Of a DNA stretch of 64,000 bases, positions 1-10,137 are shown piece after piece (positions within the stretch are counted from its first letter, which is position 1; each line of letters begins with the position of its first letter). A program made the position numbers and the translations under genes. The stretch comes from an uncultured delta proteobacterium (lineage in GTDB: Bacteria; Myxococcota; B64-G9), in contig CAVWHX010000004.1 of NCBI GenBank assembly GCA_963754925.1, positions 224,001 to 288,000 of the forward strand, read 5' to 3'. The notes below the pieces were generated by a model. It was not told the origin of the DNA. It ran no database searches and saw only the letters and a program-made list of their open reading frames with translations.

Positions 1-8
1 ATTCGTGA

Positions 9-1778
9 TTGGAGATTGGTATGCACAACCAGAGTTTTTGGGTATCGCGAACATCGCGGTTAGGCCTTTTCACAACGTTGCTCTGTGTCGTGACGATGGC
101 GCTGGGGGCGGGCGCCGCCCCGCCGACCCCGAGTGCGGGGCTGGATAGGCGCCCGTTGCTGTTGCGCGCCATGACCGACGAACTCGATCGCACGATGACC
201 ACATTAAAGATGCCGGACTTCGATCCACCATACTTTGTCGCGTACGAGATCAAGGAAGACCGTTCCAGCCATATCCAAGCGCGCTACGGCGCGATCTTCC
301 AGTCAAGCAATGAACTCATACGGCGCCTGCGCATTGAAACCCGGGTGGGATCCTATGAATTTGACAATGTTGGCTCCAAGACTTCTGATTTCGATTTCTC
401 GGGCTCGATGGAGTATTCGGCCCCCAAGTTAGCCCCACTCGACGATGATCCCTTTGCCGTACGCAACGCGTTGTGGCTCCTCACCGACGAAACCTACAAA
501 TCCGCTTTGAAAGGTTACCTCAAACGCAAAGGTAAAAAAGTCACGGAGATTGACGAAAACAAGGGGGTTAACAGCTTTTCGAAAGAAACCGCGGCGATAT
601 TTACCGAACCACAACGGACCTTTTCCTTTGACCAAACGCGTTGGGAGCACGTCGCGCGTTCGGCCTCGGCCGTCTTTGAAAAACACCCGGTGGTTTTTGA
701 CTCAGTGGTCTCGCTGGATGGCGCTCTGGAGACGCGTTATCTGGCAACCAGCGAGGGCACGCGCATCATCAGTGAGCAGGTTATTTACAATCTGTCCATG
801 TACGGCTCTGCTCGTGCTACAGATGGGATGCTGCTTACCAACCAACTTACTCTTTACGCCAAGACCGAGAATGGCCTGCCTTCCCCTGAACAGATCAACG
901 CGCTGGCCGGGAAGCTTGCCTTGGATCTCGAAGCGCTTCGGCAGGCACCGGTTATGGAGCCATATACCGGACCGGCGATACTGGACGGCGAGGCAACCGG
1001 GGTTTTGTTTCACGAGGTGATAGGGCATAGGCTCGAGGGCGAGCGTCAGCTCGACGACGAAGAGGGTAAAACCTTTAAGGGCCAGATCGGTAATAGGATC
1101 ATTCCCTTGTTCCTGTCGGTAACCGACGATCCCACCGTCGAGCAGCTCAACGGCGTTTCGCTCAATGGGTTCTACCGCTATGACGACGAAGGGGTGCCCG
1201 CACAACGGGTGGTGCTGATCCAAGACGGTGTGTTACGCAACTTTTTAATGAGCCGTACGCCACTTCAGGACTTTCCCAAAAGCAACGGCCACGGTCGGTC
1301 GGCCGCTGGAGAAAAGCCGCGCGCCCGCATGGGCTCGACGTGGGTGCAGTCCAAAAAGACCGTTCCGTTTGTCGAACTCAAAAAAATGCTCATCGCCGAA
1401 GTGCAAAAACAAGGCAAGCCATATGGATTGCTCATTAGAAACATACTGGGAGGATCGACACACACCTCAACCTGGGGATACCAGGCGTATAAGGGCGTAC
1501 CGCAAATGGTGTATCGAATCTACCCCGACGGCCGCGAAGAACTGGTCCGGGGGGTGGAGATTGTCGGCACCCCCATCGCCAGTATAAATAAAATCATCGC
1601 CACCTCAGATCATCTGTCCATCTTCAATGGGTTCTGCGGAGCCGAGAGCGGGTATGTCCCGGTATCAACTATCGCGCCCGACGTCCTGATGACTGAGATT
1701 GAGATCCAGCGCACTATGAAAAAATCGGAAAAAGATCCGGTTCTCCCCTCCCCCTGGAATGGAAATAGTGAAAAATAA
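9..1778 (+). CDS. TldD/PmbA family metallopeptidase with N-terminal signal-like segment
   Basis: HEVIGH (HExxxH) motif, SNGHGR motif and C-terminal NGFCGAESG Cys typical of TldD; hydrophobic N-terminus; true start may be ATG at 21. Confidence 0.85.
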   Translation: MEIGMHNQSFWVSRTSRLGLFTTLLCVVTMALGAGAAPPTPSAGLDRRPLLLRAMTDELDRTMTTLKMPDFDPPYFVAYEIKEDRSSHIQARYGAIFQSSNELIRRLRIETRVGSYEFDNVGSKTSDFDFSGSMEYSAPKLAPLDDDPFAVRNALWLLTDETYKSALKGYLKRKGKKVTEIDENKGVNSFSKETAAIFTEPQRTFSFDQTRWEHVARSASAVFEKHPVVFDSVVSLDGALETRYLATSEGTRIISEQVIYNLSMYGSARATDGMLLTNQLTLYAKTENGLPSPEQINALAGKLALDLEALRQAPVMEPYTGPAILDGEATGVLFHEVIGHRLEGERQLDDEEGKTFKGQIGNRIIPLFLSVTDDPTVEQLNGVSLNGFYRYDDEGVPAQRVVLIQDGVLRNFLMSRTPLQDFPKSNGHGRSAAGEKPRARMGSTWVQSKKTVPFVELKKMLIAEVQKQGKPYGLLIRNILGGSTHTSTWGYQAYKGVPQMVYRIYPDGREELVRGVEIVGTPIASINKIIATSDHLSIFNGFCGAESGYVPVSTIAPDVLMTEIEIQRTMKKSEKDPVLPSPWNGNSEK

Positions 1779-1796
1779 ATTAACGGAGGTGGTGCC

Positions 1797-3010
1797 ATGA
1801 ATCGGTTTGCTTCACTGCTGGTACTTGTTGTTTTTTTCGGGGCGGGTTTCAGACCTATGCTGCCGAACCAGAGGCGCAGGCCCATAGTATCGACCCACTC
1901 GCAAAGGTTTATCCGATCCTTCAGGATGCTACGGCCAAACTCTCATCGGTGGCAGTTCTTAACGTCGAATCCAACGGGACGACCGAGGACGTATCAGGAG
2001 TGCAGCTCGCCCTCATCAAAAGCTTGGTGAAACGATCAGATCTCTTGATCATCTCACCGGACGATGTGTTCAAGACGGTCGGGGTCGAATTTGAGACTTC
2101 ACCAGCGGCGCTGGCGGTGATTGCAAAAAAATGCTCCGCCCAAGCGGTGCTCTACCCCCAAATCATACAATCAAATGAGGAGCTGGAGCTGACGTTATTG
2201 TTGGTCGGAGACAATGCGGCTATCCTGCTCGATCGCGCTTTCGCGTTGCAGTCGCTGCCGCCCCCGGTTGAACGCGCCTCGGTGCCTCAGCAAAACCCTT
2301 CAACGCTTCCACCACCTCCCCCACCACCTCCCCCCGTCAGCCCTCCCGCCCCGCCGGCACTACCCGACGCCGCGGCCGCGAAGTTCACTCAACAGGCGCT
2401 CTCGCTCGCGATGCGCGACCGATTGAGGCCTGAGCACCTTACCACCTACGTTGGACCGTTCGGTGGTACAGAAAACGAACATCCTTCGCAGGTTATTGGC
2501 GAGGATTGGTTTATCCTGCAAGGCGGCGAGTACCCCATCAGCGAACGCAGGCTGGCGTTTCTGGTAGGCCGCGATGACATCATCAACCGCATCGACAAAC
2601 GGGTCGCTCCCTTTGCCACCGCTCGAAACGTCGGCGTCGGGTTGACCGTGGGCGGGATTTTGACCGCCGGGATCGCTGCACCCTTTGTCAACAGCGACAA
2701 CACCAGGACGTTGACCTTGGCGAGCGCATTTGTGATCGCCGGCGGGGCGGCCGGTTTGACCGGCATAGTGCTGTGGCTGATTTACGGACCGCAAGTGTCT
2801 GCCATCGAAAGTCCCTTCCCCGAACATCACACCATCTCTCAGGATGAAGCCCAGCAAATGGTCAACGATTATAACCAAGAGCTGTTACAAAAACTTGGCA
2901 TACCCGATCCAGCGCGCCCGACCCGGTCGTCATACGAACCGAGCTGGCACTTTGCTCTCTCGCCCGAAGCACACGGGGGATTATCGGCTGCATTCGGCTT
3001 TAGGTATTAA
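1797..3010 (+). CDS. Exported/membrane hypothetical protein with Pro-rich linker (1-nt frameshift near 1830-1850)
   Basis: GGAGG RBS before ATG 1797; signal peptide MNRFASLLVLVVFF joins the 1949..3010 frame, which is open upstream (TYAAEPEAQ...); poly-Pro linker, two Gly-rich TM segments, terminal aromatic FGFRY. Confidence 0.6.
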
Positions 3011-4365
3011 TCCTGGTAGGCGAATTTTTTTGTTGTCTCGCGCAGGCGTTGTGACAGGGTACGCACAAATACTTTATAAACTCGTGTGGCGAACCGGTCG
3101 TTCGTCGCAATGAAGCGTAAAAATTGATCCCGCCCGATCTCGAACGCCACCACAGTGCCTTTGGCTACCACCCGTGCAGAAGTGGGTTGCTCGTCAATCA
3201 GCGACATTTCGCCAACATGGCTGCCGGGCCCAAGCGTGGTCACCTCGGTGACACGCTGGCCCTCAACGCGCTGGACTGAGACCATACCAACCCGCACCAC
3301 AAAGAGCGCCATTCCCGGCTGACCTTGCTCGATCAGCCGCTCGTTGTCCTGAAAGGTTCGTTCCTCACAGATAGTGTAGAAAGCCTTCATATCGGGCAAC
3401 GGCATGTCGGCAAATAACGGGATTTTTTGCAAGAAGTTGAAACCGTCCATAACGCTGATGATCTGCGACGGGCCGTCATGCCCCTCGTAACCATCGGCTG
3501 AAAGGTCAGGGACCGAAGGCATTGGCGACTGCTCCGGCCGGCCGGAGGTCGCGGCGCTCTGACTAAGATCCTTTAGCTTTTCTTCGACATCTCGAAAGTT
3601 AGCGTCAAAACGAAGCAGCTGCCCGTAACTATCTCGAGCGGCCTCGCGGTAACCTTTCTGAATGTACCAACCGGCCACATGGTAGTGCAGATCGGCTGTC
3701 TGGGCGTCCACCGGACGGCCTTTGATGACATTGAGGATTTTCTTGATGGCCAGGTCGAGGTAGCCGTTCGAGGCAAGAATAGTGCCGACCAGCAAGGTCG
3801 CTTCAAGAAAGTTATCCTCGTTCGCTCGAACCTTCTGGAGCAGCTCAACCGACTTACGAAACTTGCCCAGCTCGTGATAGAGCTTACCGGCAAGGAAATA
3901 GTCGACCGCCTTCTCGTAATTGGCCGCCGCGCGCGAGAAGTTCTTTACCTTAACATACAGCTCGGCCGCCTGGCGGTAATTTTGATTGCGCTCGAACATC
4001 TCGGCGGCCTTCTCGAGGTTGCCTTCCTTGGAGTACATCTCGGCCGAGGTTTGATAGTCGTCCGCTTGATCGTACATCTGAGCCGCTTTGCCATACTCCT
4101 TCATGTTCTTGCAGCACCGTGCGGCCTTTTCAAAATCGCGCGCTTTAAAAAACATGTTTGCTAATTGCTTGTGCAGCCGACCATTCTGTTTGGTTTTATT
4201 GATCAGCACATAGCCAATGTCTTCTTGACACAGCGAGTAGGTTTCCGCCGCTTCAGCTACCTTCCCCGAATCGAGCATATCGAGCAAGCTCTGGATTACT
4301 CGAGCGGTAGCCAGGAAGGTAGCGCCCTCCCCGGTGGGTTCGCGGCTCTGAATATCCTCCACCAT
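3007..4365 (-). CDS. TPR/SNAP-like repeat protein with C-terminal cyclic-nucleotide-binding domain
   Basis: Repeated 'KAAEMY/F' helical repeats; cNMP signature GEMSLIDEQPTSARV after LQKIPLF. Confidence 0.8.
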   Translation of the reverse strand: MVEDIQSREPTGEGATFLATARVIQSLLDMLDSGKVAEAAETYSLCQEDIGYVLINKTKQNGRLHKQLANMFFKARDFEKAARCCKNMKEYGKAAQMYDQADDYQTSAEMYSKEGNLEKAAEMFERNQNYRQAAELYVKVKNFSRAAANYEKAVDYFLAGKLYHELGKFRKSVELLQKVRANEDNFLEATLLVGTILASNGYLDLAIKKILNVIKGRPVDAQTADLHYHVAGWYIQKGYREAARDSYGQLLRFDANFRDVEEKLKDLSQSAATSGRPEQSPMPSVPDLSADGYEGHDGPSQIISVMDGFNFLQKIPLFADMPLPDMKAFYTICEERTFQDNERLIEQGQPGMALFVVRVGMVSVQRVEGQRVTEVTTLGPGSHVGEMSLIDEQPTSARVVAKGTVVAFEIGRDQFLRFIATNDRFATRVYKVFVRTLSQRLRETTKKFAYQD

Positions 4366-4725
4366 AGACCGATCCTCTTTTGGGAAAAGTCCGCTTATAC
4401 CGTCAACTCAATTCAGCTCACAGATACCACCTCGCTTGTCGAAGTGTCAAACAAGACAAATAACCGAGTACAACATCCGAATTCTCCTAAAGGTCGGAGA
4501 GCTAACTATCGATGATGTGCTGTGTTTTCAGGCCGAACGATCCATTGACAACAGCAGCGTCAGATTTACATTGTTTCGCGTTAGGATCCGAGATTTGCCC
4601 TGGCTTTATAAGACATCGCGGGAAACTTCAGCAACTCAAAGCCAAATAAAACTGAGGTTCGAGTTGTTAAATCGGTACCGCCCGCGGTTCGGACCGCCGC
4701 AGTGGTATGAGAACGAAAAGGAGGT

Positions 4726-5205
4726 TTGTGCACCATGAACAAAAGAATCGTATCGATACTAATGCGGCTCAGCGTCATGAGCGTGATGCTGATGGCTGCC
4801 CATTCGGCCGTGGCGGCTCTGGGAGAATCAGGCGACTCGGTCGATAAAGACCGCGTGGCTCTCAAAGCTGTGCAACGAACGACCAGCGTTAGCAAAAGTT
4901 ACTCAGTCCAAGAGCTTCAAACCAAGACCATAGCGATGCGTGAGTACCTGACGCCTTCAGGCGTTGTGTTTGGAATCGCTTGGAATGGCCTTGCCCACCC
5001 GGATCTTACGCCCCTGTTAGGCTCTTTTGCCGGAGAGTACGCCGCGGCAATCCGAGACGCCCCGCGTACGTACGGCCGCAGACATAGCCAGCTCGTGACT
5101 GAACACATCGTCGTCGAAAAATGGGGGCATATGCGCAATCTCAGGGGTCGCGCGTACATCAAGTCTCTCATTCCGCCGGGGGTTACCGTCAGTGAAATCA
5201 ATTAA
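4726..5205 (+). CDS. DUF2844 family secreted protein
   Basis: Signal peptide ending AxAALG; VFGIAWNG..PDLTPLLG and GHMRNLRGRAY..LIPPGV motifs; AGGAGG RBS; overlaps DUF3443 gene. Confidence 0.8.
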   Translation: MCTMNKRIVSILMRLSVMSVMLMAAHSAVAALGESGDSVDKDRVALKAVQRTTSVSKSYSVQELQTKTIAMREYLTPSGVVFGIAWNGLAHPDLTPLLGSFAGEYAAAIRDAPRTYGRRHSQLVTEHIVVEKWGHMRNLRGRAYIKSLIPPGVTVSEIN

Positions 5206-6373
5206 TTTCAAGAACTGGATTTTTCTCCTCGTGTTGATAAGCGGATGCGGTGCGTCGTCGGGTGGTAGACAAACGCTGACCGGCGACAACGTGATGCCGA
5301 TCACGGTAAATGGTTCACTCTGCGGCGGCAACTCGTACTACAATAAACCGTGTGTCAGCGTAACGGTTTGCACACCGGGCACGTCGAAGTGCCAGGAGAT
5401 TAGCGATGTGATTCTCGACACGGGAAGCGCCGGGCTTCGCATCTTCAAGAATCTGTTATCGGTCACCTTCACTTCTGAAAATGTCGCCGCCGGGCAGCTT
5501 GCCGAATGCTTCCAGTTTGCAGACGGTACCTCTGAATGGGGGCCAGTGGAACTGGCGAATGTCATCCTCGGAAATGAACCGGCGGTGCAGGTCCCCATCC
5601 AGGTCATTGACTACTCTTTTGGAACTATTCCCGGCGCGTGCAGCAACGCCGATAAAACTCCCTTTGACGCCGGATTGAATGGAATCCTGGGCCTGGCACC
5701 TTTTGTTCAAGATTGCGGTTCATTTTGCGCTCGGAGCGCCAATGCCGACAACGGCCTTTACTACGGTTGCAACGGAACGAGTTGTACGGGCACGGCGGTC
5801 GCCGTATCCGACCAGGTCCAGAATCCCGTGGCGTTCCTCCCGGATGACAACAACGGCTTTTTGGTGCAACTCCCGAACGTCGCTCCATCGGGAGCGCCGT
5901 CGGTTAACGGCTCTCTGATCCTCGGCATCGGCACTGAGTCCAACAATTCGCCTACGGGGGTCGCCACCTATCTGATTGACCCATCGTCGGGAAATATCAC
6001 TACCACGTTCGATGGTTCAACCTATGATGGGATTCTCGACACCGGATCGAGTGGACTATTCTTCCCCCCGGGTGCAAGTGCACTTCCTTCGTGCCCCGCT
6101 CCCAAGGACCAATGGTTCTGTCCGACTTCAGCGGTGAACTTATCCGCTCTCAACACCGGCGCCCTTTCATCGACGAGCGGGACGGTGTCTTTCACCATCG
6201 CCAACTTTGACGACTTTTCTAGTTCCTCCAATAATGTTTCCGCCACCATCGGAGGACCGATGACCACAACGTATTTCGATTGGGGCCTGCCGTTCCATTT
6301 CGGACGTACTGTCTATATCGGCATTGAAGGGACAAGCTCCAGCTTGGGCCAAGGTCCGTACTGGGCGTATTAA
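5192..6373 (+). CDS. DUF3443 family lipoprotein, pepsin-like aspartic protease fold
   Basis: Lipobox LISGC; PCVSVTVCTPG motif; two LDTGS motifs; NGILG and FDWGLPF. Confidence 0.8.
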   Translation: MKSINFKNWIFLLVLISGCGASSGGRQTLTGDNVMPITVNGSLCGGNSYYNKPCVSVTVCTPGTSKCQEISDVILDTGSAGLRIFKNLLSVTFTSENVAAGQLAECFQFADGTSEWGPVELANVILGNEPAVQVPIQVIDYSFGTIPGACSNADKTPFDAGLNGILGLAPFVQDCGSFCARSANADNGLYYGCNGTSCTGTAVAVSDQVQNPVAFLPDDNNGFLVQLPNVAPSGAPSVNGSLILGIGTESNNSPTGVATYLIDPSSGNITTTFDGSTYDGILDTGSSGLFFPPGASALPSCPAPKDQWFCPTSAVNLSALNTGALSSTSGTVSFTIANFDDFSSSSNNVSATIGGPMTTTYFDWGLPFHFGRTVYIGIEGTSSSLGQGPYWAY

Positions 6374-6442
6374 TTCCAGCCCACCTATTCAACTGCTCAA
6401 TATCACTACAATAATATAGATTCTACGCCTCCTGTTTTTTCC

Positions 6443-6462
6443 GATTGACTTTATAATCAATC
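6443..6462. promoter_or_regulatory. Candidate operator palindrome GATTGA-N8-TCAATC upstream of acyl-CoA dehydrogenase
   Basis: Perfect 6-bp inverted half sites next to TTGACA at 6466. Confidence 0.35.
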
Positions 6463-6543
6463 CTATTGACATGCGGGGCGAATGGAGATAGGAGGATTAA
6501 GGCTCATTTAAAATAATAAGTAGTTTTATCTAAGGAGGACAGC

Positions 6544-8367
6544 ATGGCTAGTCTATGGGTTGACCTTCGAGATGTTCGGTTCCAGTTGCTTGAGGTTATC
6601 AAGATCAGTGAAACCCTGCTCGGGAAGGGCCGTTTTTCAGACCATGATGTCGATACGGTGAACATGGTGTTGGATACTGCTGCAAAGTTTGCCGAGAACG
6701 AAATAGCCCCCACCTATCCCGATGAGGTTCAGAGAAAGCCGGTTGAAGCAATATTCAAGGACGGAAAGGTGGTTGTCCCCGAAGCGTATCATAACCTTTG
6801 GAAACTGTACGCCGAAGGCGGCTGGATTGCCGTGGCAGACTCCCCCGATGTCGGTGGCCAGTCGTTTCCAACCTGCGTGGCCGCCGCCTGCCAAAACATG
6901 TTCTTGGGTTCAAACCAAGCCTTCGTCATGTACCCGGGTCTCTCCCATGGCGCCGCACGGTTGATTCAAGACTTCTTCAGGCACCCTCTGCGCGAGACCA
7001 TTCTTGAGAAAATGTTTTCGGGCGTGTGGGGCGGCACCATGTGTTTGACCGAGCCGGGCGCCGGTTCGGATGTCGGCGCGCTCAAGAGCAAGGCCAAGAG
7101 AAACCCGGACGGCACGTTCTCCATGACCGGCACCAAGTGCTTTATCTCGGCCGGCGACCACAACCTGACAGAAAACATTATCCATCCGGTCCTGGCGCGC
7201 ATCGAAGGCGACCCGCGCGGATCCAAAGGCATATCGATTTTCGTCGTTCCCAAGATCAGGATCAATCCCGACGGCTCGTTGGGCGAGCCAAACGATGTTA
7301 GTTGCGGCGGCATCGAGAGCAAGATGGGCATCCATGGCAACGCCACCTGCACCCTCAACTTCGGCGACAATGGCAAGTGCATCGGCTACCTCATGGGCGA
7401 GGAGCGCGAGGGCATGAAGATCATGTTCCACATGATGAATGAAGAGCGCCAGGGCGTGGGAATGATGGGCGTCGCGCTCGCCTCTGCCGCCTACCTGCAC
7501 GCCCTTGACTACGCAAAACAGCGGCTCCAGGGTAGCAACATCATGTCCATGAAAGACCCCAACGCGCCCCAGGTGCCGATCATTCAGCACCCGGACGTGC
7601 GCCGTATGCTGCTCAAACAGAAGTCCATTACCGAAGGCATTCGGGCGCTGGCGTATTTTTGCTATTACTGCATGGACCGCGAAGCTATCGCCGAAAGCGA
7701 CAAAGAAAAGGAAAAATGGCACGGATGTATCGAGTTGCTCACCCCGATGGTAAAATCGTTCTGCACCGACATGGGAATGGTGGTATGCGATTTGGCCGTT
7801 CAGACCTACGGCGGATACGGTTACTGCCGCGAGTATCCCGTCGAGCAGATGATGCGCGATCAAAAGATCAATACGATTTACGAGGGCACCAACGGCATCC
7901 AGGCCATGGATCTGCTCGGCCGCAAGCTCGGCATGAAGAAGGGCATGTACTTCATGAACCTCATCGCTCTAACTCAGGAGACTATCGGCGAGGCCAAGGG
8001 CATTGCCAGCATCAAGGAAGAAGCCGAGGTCGTCGAAGGCGCCATGAACGCTGCCTCCTCGACCGCCCTGGCCTTCAGCGGGATGATTCGCACTAACCCC
8101 TTCGTGCCGCTTATCGCTGCGCAGGATTATCTGAACTGCCTGTCCGAGGCGCTCTGCGGATGGTTGCACCTTCAGATGGCCGCAGCCGCTGTCAAGGCTC
8201 TTCCCAAGGCCGGAAGCGAGAAGGACAAAGCCTTCTATAACGGCAAAATCGAAGGTGCCAAATTCTTCATCAACCGCATAGTCGCGCTCGTTCCCGCCAA
8301 GTGTGAATTGTTGAAAAAGGACGAAACCAGCGCCATGCGAATTTCAGAAGAAGGCTTCGCCGTCTAA
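6544..8367 (+). CDS. Acyl-CoA dehydrogenase (long ~600 aa type)
   Basis: GTMCLTEPGAGSDVG, GTKCFIS, KMGIHG, QTYGGYGY, IYEGTNGIQAMDL motifs; AAGGAGG RBS. Confidence 0.95.
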   Translation: MASLWVDLRDVRFQLLEVIKISETLLGKGRFSDHDVDTVNMVLDTAAKFAENEIAPTYPDEVQRKPVEAIFKDGKVVVPEAYHNLWKLYAEGGWIAVADSPDVGGQSFPTCVAAACQNMFLGSNQAFVMYPGLSHGAARLIQDFFRHPLRETILEKMFSGVWGGTMCLTEPGAGSDVGALKSKAKRNPDGTFSMTGTKCFISAGDHNLTENIIHPVLARIEGDPRGSKGISIFVVPKIRINPDGSLGEPNDVSCGGIESKMGIHGNATCTLNFGDNGKCIGYLMGEEREGMKIMFHMMNEERQGVGMMGVALASAAYLHALDYAKQRLQGSNIMSMKDPNAPQVPIIQHPDVRRMLLKQKSITEGIRALAYFCYYCMDREAIAESDKEKEKWHGCIELLTPMVKSFCTDMGMVVCDLAVQTYGGYGYCREYPVEQMMRDQKINTIYEGTNGIQAMDLLGRKLGMKKGMYFMNLIALTQETIGEAKGIASIKEEAEVVEGAMNAASSTALAFSGMIRTNPFVPLIAAQDYLNCLSEALCGWLHLQMAAAAVKALPKAGSEKDKAFYNGKIEGAKFFINRIVALVPAKCELLKKDETSAMRISEEGFAV

Positions 8368-8471
8368 TCCCGCTGGTTAGAACGACTTAATACACCCCAG
8401 AAAATCCATTCAGGCACGCCGAGCAACATGATAAAAATTCAACTGTTGTCTCGCAATGATACACCAGATTT

Positions 8472-8500
8472 TTGACCTAGAACTCACCTCAAACTATAAT
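8472..8500 (+). promoter_or_regulatory. Sigma70-type promoter
   Basis: TTGACC-17 bp-TATAAT. Confidence 0.6.
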
Positions 8501-8538
8501 GATATAGGATGCTGCACCGCGTTGGCCGGGGGACAGAC

Positions 8539-9084
8539 ATGAATGTAAAAGGCTCAATCTTCGTTGATTTGGTAAAAATAATCAAAAGCGACAAGAGCGG
8601 CGTTTACGACACGTATCTGACAAACAGAGACCGAGATATCATCGACCATAAAATTTTTCCCAGCTCTTGGTATCCTTTTGAAACCTATAAACGCTGCTTG
8701 AATGCGATTTTTGAGGTCATTGCAAAAAAAGACCCCGAAGCGGCCAAAGAATGGGGTCGAGTCACCTGTAAAAAAGTCATGACCGGCGTTTATACTACGG
8801 TCATGAAAGGCTGCGACCCGCTCACCTATTTACAGAAATGCGAGACTATTAATAAGCAGTTTTACGATTTCGGTAAGACAGAAATTACTATCGAGGGAAA
8901 AAACCAAGCTATATACAAATTGTCCGGATTCGGTGCAGATTTTATTGTTTTTTATTATGTCAGCGAGGGATGGGTGGAGAGCGGCATAGAACTCTGCGGG
9001 GGAAAAAACATTAAAAGCGAGTTAGTCACCAAAAGTTGGGAGGGACAACCCTTTACCTCGATACGCTTCACGTGGACCCAATAG
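8539..9084 (+). CDS. DUF2378/TIGR02265-like protein (V4R/HNOB-like small-ligand fold)
   Basis: N-terminal VKG, 'SSWYP' motif, 'GWVE..IELCG' and terminal 'RFTW' pattern; lower GC. Confidence 0.55.
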   Translation: MNVKGSIFVDLVKIIKSDKSGVYDTYLTNRDRDIIDHKIFPSSWYPFETYKRCLNAIFEVIAKKDPEAAKEWGRVTCKKVMTGVYTTVMKGCDPLTYLQKCETINKQFYDFGKTEITIEGKNQAIYKLSGFGADFIVFYYVSEGWVESGIELCGGKNIKSELVTKSWEGQPFTSIRFTWTQ

Positions 9085-9150
9085 AACTAATTGGAATTTA
9101 ATGGAAATTTAGTTTGGACAGCGTCAGCAGATTCTATGCTCATGGGTGAG

Positions 9151-10051
9151 CTATGGACAGGCTCCCTTCCAATTTCTAAGCATCTGGGCATATTCCTCAA
9201 ACCAAGGCGCAATACCGGTATATTCAACATTGTTGATATAGCAGTAAGCTAATCCTTTGCACCACGCGTCTATGGTCAGGTTGTAGGCGGTGTAGGCGTT
9301 ATACGAGTCATTGAATCCCGTGACGCCAATTTTAGATCCCCACTTCTGCTGAACAGCGCTCAGACTCTGCCCAATCCACGCCTCGCTCGATTGCATGAAG
9401 TCGGCACTACCCGAGGTGAAAAACCATTCATCAAAATCGTCAACCCCTACGTTCATCCAGACTATCATGCCGTAGCTGTGGGCCAGGTTGCTTAATTCAG
9501 TCAGGTAGTTCTTGGAAGCGGCATCGGGAAAGTCGGTGCACTCATCTATGAACACTCCATCAACGTGATCGATGGTGGCCATGTTGGTGATAAGTTTTTC
9601 GTTTGTGGCCAAACTGTACCACTGCGCGGCATAGTGATCATCCCCCCCGGATCCCTCATAACCACCTGATATATAACCAATTATCTTGATTCCGGCCGCA
9701 TGATAGCCAGCGATATCCTGAAGCAGCCAGGTAGCTGTGTATTTCGGGTTATCCATCTCTCCATATAAGCCATGCGGCGGATTATCGATGACAAACTCTG
9801 GCTTGATGCTAAGAATCCGCTCATCGTAAGGAACGTTCCCCAGCGTGTTGGAGTTAGAAGACTCGTCATGGTTGCCGTAAGATTTCATATTCATCCTAAG
9901 CATTCCACCTGGGGTTTGGGTGCAGTCGCCTCCCCCATTTCTACAAGCGGCTTTTTCCATGGATCGTATCCGTCCGACACAATTCACCGTCATGATGAAA
10001 AAGAAACGCGAGGATTATCCACAAGAACTGGGCGGCGACTCTATTGGACAT
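9151..10051 (-). CDS. Spherulin-4-like (GH135) putative lipoprotein; 1-nt frameshift in the A5 run at 9998-10002
   Basis: GIKIIGYI..GY and VDGVFIDE motifs; removing one T joins an upstream signal peptide MSNRVAAQFLWIILAFLFIMTVNC to the 9151..9993 ORF. Confidence 0.6.
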
Positions 10052-10137
10052 GAATTTCCTGTATCGATTCTTTTTATTAATAGAATACTATAGCACACTC
10101 TTTGACAATCTTCTCAAAATAGAAGAGGAGCCTGAAC

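Noticed and set aside
2300..2360. CCN-rich simple repeat
   Set aside because: Just poly-proline codons of a linker
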